A stretch of 64,000 nt of DNA from Octopus sinensis (Eukaryota), in contig NC_043009.1 in NCBI RefSeq assembly GCF_006345805.1, positions 36,146,001 to 36,210,000 on the forward strand, read 5' to 3'. The translations under genes and the position numbers were made by a program. Within the stretch, counting starts at the first letter, position 1, and each line of letters starts with the position of its first letter. Positions 41,523 to 54,635 of this stretch are shown here, piece by piece. The notes beneath the pieces are model-generated. The model did no database searches, had not been told where the DNA came from, and saw nothing but the letters and a program-made list of their open reading frames with translations.

Positions 41523-43300
41523 AACAACAATAACAATAACAACCTCAACGAACCAGCCGAAACGTTGTGTTAACAACAAACAAGATGGATACAAATATCC
41601 GTCAAATGTAAATAATATGTCATTACTACTTACGAATAAATTGGATACATTTTTACTATTAGATCCACTAACTTCGTTATCAATCAATTTTCCCTTATTA
41701 TGATAAGATTTATTGCAGTTCCCATTCTTATTACAATATACTATTCTATTCCAGTATCCTGCTTTTTGAAGAGCATCATTATAATATTCGGCAATATTAA
41801 TAAAGATTTCCTCATCAGAGGATATATGAGAAACACGTCTCGAAACATTATTAACCAAAGTTCTTGTGATCGCTTTAGGATGATTACTATGAAAGTTGAT
41901 ATATTTTAAATTATTGTTGGGTTTGTGATAAGGACTGTATAGGCCAGTAACAAGGTTCAGATTAATACCCAGGTAATTAACTGAATCATGCTCATTTTCT
42001 ATAGAGATAAACCAAGTCTTTTAAAACAATTATGGAAATCTTTCATATATAGGTTTATTTTTCTATTGGTTTGACTATTAACCAAAAATAGTGCATCATC
42101 TCTATAGAGTCCACCTTTAATGTCTGGAAATTCATTATGGAAATGATAGTGTGTACATACCTACTAAGTCAGTAACCTGAGCGGAATCGGCAGAGCCCAT
42201 GGTTATGTCAAAAGAATCATTAGTATTTTTTCTGGACCAGTATTTGTTATCAAATACAATAATGGACTTCTTGGTTTCCAAAATAACTTTAATTTCTCTT
42301 AAGCTGAGGCTAGAATTTTCCCTAGCGAATATAAGTGCACCATTTAGCACAATTGGATTAACTGAAGAGTAATAATTATTAATATCGAACTGAATGAATT
42401 TACCTCTATTTTTATTATCTAATTTATCAAACCAATTAATGGCTTCCTGGCTATTGGACCAGATATCTAGCTTTAATATTTCTTTAAGTTTAGGTATATA
42501 CTTGTCTAGAATAATTTTACTTAATCTACCCAGGTCGGAACTGCCTGGGTAAATTAATCTAACTTTAGGGTTGGAGAAAAAGTTATCTTTATGATCTTTC
42601 AAAACGATTCTGGGCTTTCTAGGCACAAAAGGCTCAGTTCTGTCTTCAAGATCAAAATCACTCATAATTTTTTTAGCTTCTAAGTTAATAGATCTTAATA
42701 CATTTTTACTTACTACTTTATAGTTAGGAGTAATTTCATTTTCCATTAATTCATGATATCTATGAATATCCAAACGATATAAATTACCAGTTTTGACCGA
42801 AGGTACAATAATTCCCTTTTTGCTCTTATTTTTTTTTAGTTCACATACTAGAGCCTTCATTTTCAACAGGTGTTCATTCCCTCTAAGGGGATATTTGACA
42901 AACTTGGTATTCTTGACGATGTTCCATATATCCTTCTCAAAAGCCTTCAAATGACGGTTAGGAGGTGGAAATTTTCTGGTTTTGAATTTCTTATAAATTT
43001 CAAAATCTTCATTAAGAAAGTTTCCTTATTTAACAATATCCCTTTCATGATGAAAAGTGATCCAACGAATTCTATGTATGAATGCGAAAGTCTTAGTAAT
43101 AAGGTCTTTCATAAAGTCCTTCCTGTGTTGGACCAGAATGTCTTTCAGTGATATGTCAGTAGGTAATTTCTCCATTGTACCAGCGAAAAACCGTATTATA
43201 TTAGCCAAGTTGAAAAGTTAACGCTCACGCTCATAATACATAAGCATTTGAATTATTCTTTTCCAATCCAGCCGTCCTTTCACACAGAATTTCGTCTATC
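40290..43300 (-). mobile_element. Penelope-like retroelement (RT plus probable degenerate C-terminal GIY-YIG region), interrupted by a GC-rich microsatellite
   Basis: ORFs 43208-43026 and 42950-42135 are in frame across one TAA. Motifs: LKDHKDNF..NPKVRLI, FIQFDINNYYSS, FDITMGSADSAQVTDLVG; after frameshifts GGLYRDDA, VNYLGINL, YHKPN...HSNHP; NNIWF at about 40900. Confidence 0.88.
40925..41545. repeat. GC-rich (CCGCTR)n/(CCG)n/(CAA)n compound microsatellite
   Basis: Read directly from the sequence; it is the source of the poly-GS, poly-PL and CRYR ORFs. Confidence 0.95.
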
Positions 43301-43684
43301 TTTAAACCATAGCTCTGGTAGAGTTAAATAAGTGAATTGAATTGTTTATAAATCAAATAATGTATACAAGTCGAAACAAATTGCTGGCTTGTTGGTTTTT
43401 TAATAATCTTTTATGTTATATTATATTCATAGTATATTATGCTATATTAATAAATTATTGAATTGTCAATTGTATTTCTCTATTTAATTTATTGTCTGTA
43501 ATTTGTATTATACCCATAGTTATGTGGTATTCAACTGACGTACCAGTGAATTGGATGTTTTTACACACCCCTTTGAAGGAATTCCTTTTCTTAGTTTGTT
43601 ACTTTATATGTATATATATATATAGATAGATATATACAAATACACATACACACACACAATATATTGATTAAATATGTATGACTG

Positions 43685-43748
<64 letters not shown>

Positions 43749-44064
43749 ACCTTTCTCTCTTGTATATGCAGTCGCGTCTGCTTTCTCTGTCATTCTCGTA
43801 TTCTCGTTTCACTCACCCCTTCGCTCCATCTCTCTCTCTTTCTCTTCTTTCTTCTCTCTTTTTATGCTCACTGAAAGACATTTTCCGGCCACAATAGATC
43901 ACCTTAGAAATTATCTAATTGGTAGCAACTGTTGAGACATGTGGCTATTATCTTGATATCTTCTTGGTTAGGTCAAAACGGCATTGTATATCTCAGACAG
44001 TAACTACGCTGGCACCTATTCACTACTGCCTGCCTGCTTGACTTACTACTACTACGACTACTAT

Positions 44065-44121
<57 letters not shown>

Positions 44122-44458
44122 GTGGTCTGCTGTTAGGTCAGACAACGAGACCACCGGCGAAAACGAGACCGCTTGCGACGATAAAGAAGCCTCAGTTCGG
44201 ATTGTTTATCATCATGAACTCATTGAAGTAGCAACCAAATCGATGCACACGATTCGAAATCGCTTTTGCCTCTTTTGTCAAACCCGGGTTGAACATTGTC
44301 ATGTGTATGGAAGAAGGTAGCAGAATTAAGATGCTCAAGTCAGTTTAGTGTGTGTGTGTGTGTAAATGTATATGTACCCCCTCCCCACACGCATACACAC
44401 GCAATAGATAAGTAGCAGGCTTTAAAATATGCAATGTAGTTGATTTGTTCGACTAAAC

Positions 44459-44770
44459 CAGTGGTTCTCAACCAGGATCCAGATGATGGTCTCTGAAGGT
44501 CCATAAAAATTTTTTTGGGTGATGGTGGGTTTTCGCAACAAAATAGCAAATTGGGGATCCACAATAGTAAGGGCTTCTGAGAAAATTTTACTTTCGGTGC
44601 ATGTATTAGTATTTTTTTGCAAGAAACAGCTCAGCGTCTTTCTCTAATATTTTACATAGTTCAATCTACACCAAGTTAATGTGGGAGAAACAAAATAAGA
44701 ATTTTGAAGGGAGTGGCTATAAAATTGTAAAGAAAAGGATTCATAAGTAAAAACTGGTTGAGAACCCGTA
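44459..44770. mobile_element. hAT-Charlie-type MITE inserted in a family A SINE tail
   Basis: Ends cagtggttctcaacc / ggttgagaacccgta; 8-bp TSD gactaaac at 44451-44458 and 44771-44778. Confidence 0.9.
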
Positions 44771-45149
44771 GACTAAACCCTTCAAAGCGGTGCCCGTGCA
44801 TGGCTACATTCCAATGACTGAAACAAATAAATAACAAAAGATAAAAGGCAATGTAATGAGACTTAATTTTAGGTGATAGTATTGTATAGATCTTCCTCAA
44901 TTAACACGTTTCAAAATATTACGCAATGATGTGAAACGCATGTATTAAATGCATTCATAATCTCATTATTTGGTTTGACTTCATTATCATGTATTATACG
45001 ACTCATGTAAATTACAAGCTTGCCAATCCTTACTCCATTTAGACGGATACTCTAACAACAAGTATTTGGAGTGATTTGTTTTATTCTATTCGACTCGAAT
45101 CGGAAAATTCTGGCATCGCGCAACGCTCCTAAGCATAATACAATATATA

Positions 45150-45315
45150 CAGGGCCGGTCCTAGGGATGCTGGCGCCCCGGGCAAGTTGAAGTTCGGCGT
45201 GTACAAGCTGACGTTCGTGGAAATTTCATTGTCTTTGTGACGCTCTCATTGGTGCCCCCTAGCACATGGCACCCCGGGCGACTGCCCGAATTGCCGGTGC
45301 CTCGAGCTGGCCCTG
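45150..45315. mobile_element. Short GC-rich hAT-like MITE
   Basis: Ends cagggccgg / ctggccctg; no clean TSD. Confidence 0.6.
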
Positions 45316-45340
45316 GATATGTGTGTGTGCGCGTGCGAGC

Positions 45341-45380
<40 letters not shown>

Positions 45381-45694
45381 GCCTTTGTCAACTGAGCCAA
45401 TGGAGCTTTTTACATTGATTCTGAGCGGAGGAATCCTGGATCAACTGTCAGGATCAGCAAGCTCTATCAAGAGAGTAACTGCAACATATCCGTAGGGGCG
45501 ACATCCATAACTGTGTGATCAGCCACTGGAAAATTTCACTGTGACTCAAGCTCCTAATTCAAATTCATAATAATGGAATTGGATGAAGACAGAGAGTCAC
45601 GAGAATCTGCGAAAGCATCGCGACCGAAGAATATTGATTGATCGCTTGCTCCAAAAGCTCTTTTTATTCTCTCTCTGTTTATTTCATCATGTTC

Positions 45695-45730
45695 CTTTCT
45701 GTTGAAGAGCGTAGGCTCGAAACGTAAAAG
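45695..45730 (+). ncRNA. Minimal hammerhead-like motif (A6U core variant) within a ~230-bp dispersed repeat
   Basis: cuuu CUGUUGA a GAGC guag GCUC GAAAC GU A aaag. Confidence 0.5.
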
Positions 45731-45839
45731 ACTTTCTCACCTTCCCGAGCGTTAAACTAATACACTTGTTTCTTGTTCAAACACCTTTCTTCGTCTCATG
45801 TTTTTCTGTAAATTTCAACAATATATATACATATATCTA

Positions 45840-45921
<82 letters not shown>

Positions 45922-46255
45922 GAACCGCACCACCTCACATACATATTAGAAAGCAGGGAGAAATTTTGAGATTTCAGTGATTTTAGGAAGTGTTTTTAGG
46001 CTGAAATTTTTTTTTAGAATTTGAACATTTTTGGAGATGCGTGTGCTAAATGTATTTTACTTAATGTTGTTTTTAAGGATCTTAATTAAGAGTTAATTAA
46101 TACAAAATGACTGTTAATGTCATATAATTGTTTTGCACGGATGGATGTTAGTTAATTATAAATTTATCAACATAGATGTTAATACTGATTAATATAATGA
46201 AATTGTTAATGTTACGTTATAATTCTGTACATGTGGATGATAATTTCGTGAAAAA

Positions 46256-46580
46256 GCATGGCTCAGTGGTTAAAGCGTCGAGCTTAAGCCGTAAGGTTAT
46301 GAGTTCGATTCCCGGACAGGGCTGCGTGTTGTGTTCTTGGGCAAGACACTTTATTTCACATTGCTCCAGTTACCTCAGTTATAGAAATGAGTTGTGATGT
46401 CAATGGTTCCAAGCTGTATCAGCCTTTGCCTTGGATAACATCAGTGGTGTGGAGAGAGGAGGCTGGTATGCATGGCCGACTACTGGCCTTCCATGAAAAC
46501 AACCTTGCCCGGACTTGTGCCTTGGAGGGTAACTTTCTTGGTGAAATCCCATGGTCATTCATGACCGAAGGGGGTCTCCT
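46256..46580 (+). mobile_element. tRNA-derived SINE with CORE-like central domain
   Basis: gcatggctcagtggttaaagcg...gagttcgattccc, then tcttgggcaagacactttatttcac...ctcagttatagaaatg. The resemblance to the CORE domain is from memory. Confidence 0.65.
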
Positions 46581-46610
46581 CTAGATGGATGATAATTTAT
46601 ATTGATTTAA

Positions 46611-47177
46611 GGCGGCGAGCTGGCAGAAACGCTAGCACGCCGGGCGAAATGCTTAGCAGTATTTCGTCTGCGTTACGTTGTGAGTTCAAATTCCGCCGAG
46701 GTCGACTTTGTCTTTCATCCTTTCGGGGTCGATAAATTAAGTACCAGTTACACACTGGGGTCGATGTAATCGACTTAATACCTATGCCTGTCCTTGTTTG
46801 TCCCCTCTGTGTTTAGCCCCTTGTGGGTAATAAAGAAATAAGTATTTCGTCTGCCGCTACGTTCTGAGTTCAAATTCCGCCGAGGTCGACTTTGCCTTTC
46901 ATCCTTTCGGGGTCGATAAATTAAGGACCAGTTACACACTGGGGTCGATGTAATCGACTTAATACCTATGTCTGTCCTTGTTTGTCCCCTCTGTGTTTAG
47001 CCCCTTGTGGGTAATAAAGAAATAAATATTTCGTCTGCCGCTACGTTCTGAGTTCAAATTCCGCCGAGGTCGACTTTGCCTTTCATCCTTTCGGGGTCGA
47101 TATAATCGACTTAATCCGTTTGTCTGTCCTTGTATGTCCCTTCTGTGTGCTGCCCCTTGTGGGCAGTAAAGAAATAG
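46611..47177 (+). mobile_element. SINE family B: one head followed by three tandem ~184-bp bodies
   Basis: tatttcgtctg recurs at 46660, 46843 and 47027; each unit ends aaagaaata; the third unit has an internal deletion. Confidence 0.92.
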
Positions 47178-47194
47178 ATAATTGGTATTAATTT

Positions 47195-47514
47195 GGCGCA
47201 GGCATGGTTGCGTGGTTAAGGAATTTGCTTCCCAACCATGTGGTTTCAGGCTCAATTCCACAGCGTGGCGCCTTGTGCAAGTGTTATAAATATGTATTAT
47301 ATATGTATGTTGTATGTGTGTGTGTGTTGTTTGTGTCTATCCCCCACCATCGCTCGACAACCGGTGTTTTTTTTTGACATCCCCGTAATTTAGAGGTTCG
47401 GCAATAGAATAAGTACCAGGCTTAAAAATGCATATCGTGGTTAGTTTGTTCGACTACACCCTTCAGCATGGTCGCAGTACAATGACTGAAGCAAGTAAAT
47501 GATAAAAGATAAAA
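47195..47514 (+). mobile_element. SINE family A, diverged copy
   Basis: Head ggcgcaggcatggttgcgtggttaag; tail cagcatggtcgcagtacaatgactgaagcaagtaaa. Confidence 0.8.
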
Positions 47515-47819
47515 CACAATATAATGAGACTTAATTTTAAGTAATTATGTTCTACAGATGGATAATTAATAAATTGTAAATTAATCTATACGGATGTTAA
47601 TCAGTATTAAATTAATACAAGAAGGCTGTTATTGCTTTGTATAATGGATGCTGATTAATATTTAATTAATATATGGTGGGTTGGTTATATTTAATCAATA
47701 TAATAATGTTGTTTACGTTATGCAATATGTGGTGTATACCGATTAAAAATATATATTAATTAATTTGAAGTTACAATGAAGAGGCTGTAAATGTCTTGTA
47801 CATACACGGAGTTCCTTTA

Positions 47820-48330
47820 AATTTTATTTTTCTTTAGTGGCCATGCTGGGGTACCACCTTGAAGAATTTTTAGTTGAATAGTATAGTAAGATAACAGGGT
47901 GGTGTCGTTAGTAGGAGAGGTTAGGAAGGTAAATGGGGTGGGTGAAATACTGTAACTGAATAAATCAAGAGAGGTTAAAAGCGATTAAGAACGAAACAAG
48001 AAAAGGTGAAAAGTGTTTTAGAATTTTTTTCTTAAGAAATCTGAAAAATTGCTTAAAGAAAAATTTTTTAGTTGAATTCTGTCGGCCTTTTTTGCCAAAC
48101 TGCTACATTACGGGAACGTAAACACACCAACACCGGTTGTCAAACAAAGACACAGACACACACACACACAAACAAACATACATACAAATACGACGGGCTT
48201 CTTTCAGTTTCCGTCTGCCAAATCCGTCCACAAGGCTTTAGTAGACGACACTTGACCAAGGTGCCACGCAGGGGGACTGAACCCGGTACCTTGTGGTTGG
48301 GAGGCAAGCTTTTTACCAAGCAGCCATGCC
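47820..48330 (-). mobile_element. SINE family A split by a ~185-bp insert
   Basis: The two SINE halves lie on either side of 47880-48064; tttttagttgaat is duplicated at 47867-47879 and 48065-48077. Confidence 0.7.
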
Positions 48331-48405
48331 TATTAATACAATGGTGTTAATGTTATAATACTGTTTTATGGTAAACTGGTAAAGGAGGGGAAATACAGAA
48401 AAAGT

Positions 48406-48487
<82 letters not shown>

Positions 48488-49163
48488 AAGAGGATCTGAT
48501 GATGGTGAAGTAATTTTTATGGATTTTATGGATTTTAACTGCATCTCGGGGTCGGCTTCGTGGAAAGCTAAGGTTTATTTTGTAGTCTAGGGGTTGGTAA
48601 CAAGTAGGCCGAGGCCCACAAGTCACTCATCGATGTATAGTCTTTGAGAGTCTCGGACTTTTTTTTAGAACATTTTATGAATTTGAGAGTCAAAGAGCTG
48701 TTGAGAGGAGGTTTTTCTGGTTGGTATGTTGGGTCACAATTTGTTCAATTTTTGCTTTCATAAACCAGTGAAAGAATGGTGTGAGGTTTACTTGGGGTTT
48801 AGCTTTATATGTAAGATCTGATAAACGTGTTTTATATGTAAGATATGATGTCCATATTTTGATATGTAAGATATACATATTTTTATATATCAAATATGAT
48901 ATATGTGGCTTTGGAGCCTATTATGAAAACAAATTGCTAATCATTGCAATAGCCACCCCTTCAAGTCACGTGATATTGCATTACTGACATAGTTAATTGT
49001 TAATGTTCTTGTTCATATTCTTGTCCCTGTTGTTGGTTTTGTCCTAATAGTTGTAGCAGCAGCAGTAGTGGTGGTAGTGATGGTAGCAGCAGCAGTAGTA
49101 GTGGTATTTATAGTAGTAGTAGTGGTAGTAGTAGTAGTGGTGGTAGCAGTAGTAGTAGTAGTA

Positions 49164-49208
<45 letters not shown>

Positions 49209-51482
49209 ATTTTGACCAAAATAATAGAGTACAGAACTAAAAGCCTCATCTCCATTGCTGCTGCTCTTGTTACTGTTGTTTAAGCTCCAGATAAGCCCTG
49301 GTTGAGTATATTTATAATCAAAGGCGTTCCAGTCGTGACTATCCTATCATTTTTTCAAACAAAGTATGCTTCCTCTTTTTTAATTTTGGGGTTGAAGAGA
49401 GGTGCTTGAATAATCATTTGTCAAACTTACGAAGATGCCGCGTAGAGAAATCGAACCCAGTGTCAGTTGCTTATGAAGGGAACTTCCTAAACCTACAACA
49501 ACGCCTGCTCCTTGTGACAACCGAAACAGAAACAGAGTTTGTTTGGAACCTAATTTAAGGAAGGGATTGCTAAGTGCGTTGTTTTAGAATATAGTGGGCC
49601 ATATGTGACCAAAACATCGAAGCTGCCGTTCCATCATCGTATCAGATATTTCTTAAGAACTAGAGAGAGAGGGAAGAGTAAAAAAAGGGATTGAAAGGGA
49701 GAGAAGAGGAAAGAGGGAAGAAAAGACACAATTATCTCAATTATGTTGTTTTTCATTTAATTACTGTTTGTTTGAAGAGAAACAGACACGGAATAAAGAG
49801 TTGTTATAGAAAACATGAGAAAATGGTGCGATTCTGACATGGTTTGTGTTAATATTTCACGCTGAAAGACGACGAAATGATTAGGAAGCGCTGCTGCTCA
49901 GCGTTAAAAAACCCACCAACAGAACATTTAACAGAGATTTATCATTTAAACTGTACCAGTGACCCATACTCATTGACACTCTCGCTTATTGCTTAATTTT
50001 GACAACGTGTCAGAGGTTAATATCTTCCTATATCTTCACTGAATGATATCTTGTTGTTTGTTGTTGTCGCTATTGTTATTGTTTTGGCTAAAGGTTCTCT
50101 TTCTTTTGTTAAAAACGGCCGGTAAACAACACTGATTAATGTAATGACCTCAATATTGTCAAATACTGGATATTGATGTGTAAAATCTCACACACTCTGT
50201 TGGATGGTCACGGTAACATTATTTGACCATTCTCCCCCCTGTGTCCCCCACTTCTTTTCTTGTGTTTGTTGTTTTTATCTTTGTTTCAAGATGGATGACT
50301 TTCCTTTAACATAAAAATATTCGCCACAAACAAATGTTGTGTGAAATTTGATCGGAAACTATCATGTTTCCTTTCTCCTTCGTATCGTCTTAATCTCCCC
50401 TGGGTGATAAAAAGTCACCATCACTAAGTTACACGATTAGCACCGTTACACAGTTGCTACCAGTTTGCTACAATATGGCGGTCCTGAGTATTTTTTATTT
50501 TAAATTTGTGTTTTGTTTTATAAAATAATTTTTTAAAAATAAATATAAATATTCTTTTGTTATATTTATTACAGAAAAACATCCAGAAAAATGTGAGCAG
50601 CGTTGTTCGAGGTCGTACGCGACAGACGTTCCGACAAACGGCCCACCATCTTGCATTTCGTTCAGGGACCAACTGACTGCTCTGTTTAGATATCTCCGTC
50701 TAATAATGTAATCAATATGTCCTGACTGATGTTGCCAATTGGAGACGGTTAATGTAATCTTCAGTCAACTTAGATTTGCCACATGATACACAGATCAACA
50801 ATCGTAACAAAAACCTAACGACACGCACGCATCAGACGATCTCACATTCACACACACGCGTTCACACATGCATATAGTTATGAATGCGTGAGTACAGATA
50901 TGTTCATAACCGGATACATGAACATAGGAATATATACACACACATGTAAGTAAAATTATGTCCACCCTTTCACTTACAGCACCACTCATATTCACATACA
51001 CCGCACCGTACTCAACTCACTCGCAACCCGCACTGCACGGACACTCACACGCATCACTCACACTGACACACACACACACACACACACACAACACACACAC
51101 ATACACGCGCGCGCGCGCGCACACACACACACACACAGAGTCACACACGTATACACTCATCATACTATACACACAACACTACCGATACTCACGCGCACAC
51201 ACATGACCCGAATTAGTATTTATCGCGTCTTGACTAAAGTTAATCTTAGGTTAAACAACAACAACCACAACAAAAATATTTTACAAATCTTGGAAGGCCT
51301 ACAAATATTATGATTAACCTATTAAATATAAACCAGCGCTCATGCAATCGCATTCATAATTTTGCAACTTTTATAATAGCTATTTCTGGAAGAGAATTTA
51401 TCTCTACATAAGGTCATATTGTTTGAGAATATTAGTTTACAGTAAGCGATGTATACAGTAAACAAACAACATTAATGTTTGT

Positions 51483-51650
51483 TTCGTTTTTGGATTTGGT
51501 TTGCAAGATTCTTTATATGAGTTCGTGTGTTGAAGCATATTCTGTTGTGTCTGGGGAGAGTCATTCTCTTTTAGTGCCTTATTATTTAAACAGTGAGTGT
51601 GTTAAATAATAAGGTACTAAAAGAGAATGACTCTCCCCAGACACAACAGA
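51483..51650. mobile_element. 168-bp insertion with internal inverted duplication and 12-bp TSD
   Basis: TSD attaatgtttgt at 51471-51482 and 51651-51662; 51-bp arms at 51539-51589 and 51602-51652 with 1 mismatch. Confidence 0.8.
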
Positions 51651-51953
51651 ATTAATGTTTGTGTTTTATTTAATGGTTTGAAATGACGACAGCTCTAGCA
51701 AAAACGACATTGTTAGCTGTAAGTGAAATAAAAATAATCTTTACAACTCCGGTAGTAAGTACGGCATCGTTTGTTGTGTTTACAGTTGGGATAACGGAAA
51801 ACTTTACGTAATGGGACGATTGAATTGTTTTAAAATGGATATGTGGAACAACCAGAGATGAAAACCATTTTTTTATGGAGTAAAATAAGCAATAATTGGT
51901 TTCCTTTGGATATTAAGGCTGGATATATTAATTTTAAGAATTGGAGAACTATT

Positions 51954-52348
51954 ACTCTTTTACTCTTTTACTTGTTTCAGCCATTTGACTGCGGCCATGC
52001 TGGAGTACCGCCTTTAGTCGAGCAAATCGACCCCGGGACTTACTCTTTGTAAGCCCAGTACTTATTCTATCGGTCTCTTTTGCCGAACCGCTAAGTAACG
52101 GGGACGTAAACACACCAGCATCGGTTGTCAAGCAATGCTAGGGGACAAACACAGACACACATACATATATATATATACATATATATGACAGGCTTCTTTC
52201 AGTTTCCGTCTACCAAATCCACTCACAAGGCATTGGTCGACCCGGGGTTATAGCAGAAGACACTTGCCCAAGGTGCCACGCAGTGGGACTGAACTCGGAA
52301 CCATGTGGTTGGTTAGCAAGCTACTTACCACACAGCCACTCCTGCGCC
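51954..52348 (-). mobile_element. SINE family A, most intact copy
   Basis: Complete from head ggcgcaggagtggctgtgtggtaagtagc to tail gaaacaagtaaaagagtaaaagag. Confidence 0.92.
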
Positions 52349-53910
52349 TATGGCTAGATTTTAATTGTTTAATAATTGTACCTTAATCTTATTAGCAAAA
52401 TGGGGGTGTATTCTCTAAGAATGGACAATATCAGGAAAATGGTCAAGAAATAATCTTAACTTCATAAAAAATAAAAGTAACCTCCTGAACATCAGGGAAC
52501 TTTGAAGACATTTTGAAGGGCCTGGAATCGGTAGATTATAATTTAACATTTGAGATTCCTTGTCTGACGACTCATGCTCAGGCGTTTCTGTTTATTGTTT
52601 GTTTCTTCTAAAGGAAGGAGTTGTGTCCATGGTCTTTGCTTCAATGAGTTGAAAGATTGATTCTGGAACCAAAGGTCCAAAAATGGTTATCTAATTTGAC
52701 ATTGTTGTCGAGATCACCAACGATTTAAATTATTCCTTTTGAAGAATACAAGAACAAAATTTTGGAAAATGACAAGGACCAGGCCAGCTTTTTATCTCTC
52801 TAATTGCCAATGACAAAAGTTTTGAATCAATGTTTATATTGTATACACTTGAACTGAAAAATAGCCACTTGGACATTGCATAGAACCATTTTTCAATATT
52901 AAAAGAATAGACATCAGAATCAATGGCAGAATACGTAACAGAATGTTTCAAACTTTTCGATCAATTACAAAAGAAGTTTCCAGATTTACAAAATGACAGA
53001 TTCAAACTCCCCCAAATCCGAAACTCCTTTTTTTTATGAAGACACATGAGATTCCTGATTTCTTACAACTCGAATTAATTCCTTTGCAAACGGATAATTC
53101 TTTAATGTCCATAAATGCTCTGTAGAAATTGAAGAATATAAACTTCTGAGGAATCATGCGGTGAAAATTACGTCACTGTTTTTTGCCACTTAACCCAGAG
53201 AACATTTTTTTTCAGTCAACATTTTTCTCAAGATTAAATTTACCTAAGAACAGTTTGGGTCCAAGACTTACAGATAATGATATTGTAAACCAACAGAGAA
53301 TTGGCGGTGCCCCAGCATGGCCACAGCTCGTGAGCTGAAACTAGATAAAATAAAATAAAATAAATTGCCGTATCGTCAGTTCCATCTTCCATCTTCGAGT
53401 TTTCCAAAGTAAAGCAGAACCAACCTCCTCATTAAGTTACAAGATAACAAGTTATACACCGTGGCATCTTTGGTACTTGAATTATTATAGCTATCTGACT
53501 GATTATGTTTTAATTAGTGTTACTTAGTGTGGTATGGTAAATACCTATAAATTGGTAAGATTAAATATGTTGATTCGCATCGGCACCTAATTAGCGTTAG
53601 GTACAGTGATATACGAATTTTGGAAATTATTTTGTTACGCAAATTCATTTTCTCACATCTGACTTCGTGGTTCCTGCCAATGAAAACTAACGTCGTAAAT
53701 AAAGAGACACAATCATAAATATGCTCCTAGCAATACGGGGTGGTCATTCTTGGGATAACCTTGATCCAAGGACTACTCAAACATCATAAAATACAGCACT
53801 TGTGTTTTTATATATATATATATATGCTTTTTACTTAAAATTGATATTTATTACACTCAAGAATTCAGAGGATGTACAGATCATGTGATGACTCAATGTG
53901 TACACACACA

Positions 53911-53991
<81 letters not shown>

Positions 53992-53995
53992 GGTA

Positions 53996-54365
53996 CTGGT
54001 GTGGCAAGAAGTTTGCTTCCCATCTACATCATTCCGGGTTCGGTCCCACTGCATGGAATCTTGAGCAAGTGGCTTCTAGTATAGCTCGAGCAAAGCTTTG
54101 TAAGTGAATCTGGTTGGTGGAACCCGAAAGAAACCCAACGTATATCTGTATGTGTGTGTGTGTGTGTGCGCGCGCGCACATGATTTTGTGGTCTTGTTTT
54201 TTCCTCACTTCACAACCGGCGTTGGTTTGTTGGTGTACTCATAGCCCTGTTAAGTTAGAATAAATATATGGCTTTCAAAAATAAGAACTAGGAAAGGAGA
54301 GTGTTCAAAGAAAATCCTTCAAAGGGGTGCCCCAGCTTGGCCGCAGTCGAAAATACTGAAACAAT
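53996..54365 (+). mobile_element. SINE family A, diverged copy
   Basis: ctggtgtggcaagaagtttgcttccc...ccgggttcggtcccactgc...cagcttggccgcagtcgaaatactgaaac. Confidence 0.75.
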
Positions 54366-54635
54366 ACAAACACGCGCGCGCGCACACACATACACACACA
54401 CTCCACACGCGCGCACGCAATACATTATACATTTGTTTCTTTTTTGTGCGCTTTTTGTTTTATTTGGTATGGAAGAAGGAACATTGCCCGTGACCCTTTG
54501 CAGGTCCTCTGAGCTGTGTGAGTATAATGCCGCTAATTCTAAGTTTTACTGTGGCAGATAAATGAAAAGCTGCAGGAATGCTATAGACAAGGAAGGGATA
54601 CCAGAGGGACAATGTTCCGGCGAGAAAGGAATGGG

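Noticed and set aside
40820-41858. 316-aa Gly/Ser-rich and Cys/Arg-rich ORFs that look like structural or metal-binding proteins
   Set aside because: PLE thumb sequence reading through into a (CCGCTR)n microsatellite, which is open in several frames on both strands.
46660-47177. Regularly spaced repeats resembling a CRISPR array
   Set aside because: 184-bp near-identical tandem units with no unique spacers; a eukaryotic SINE body.
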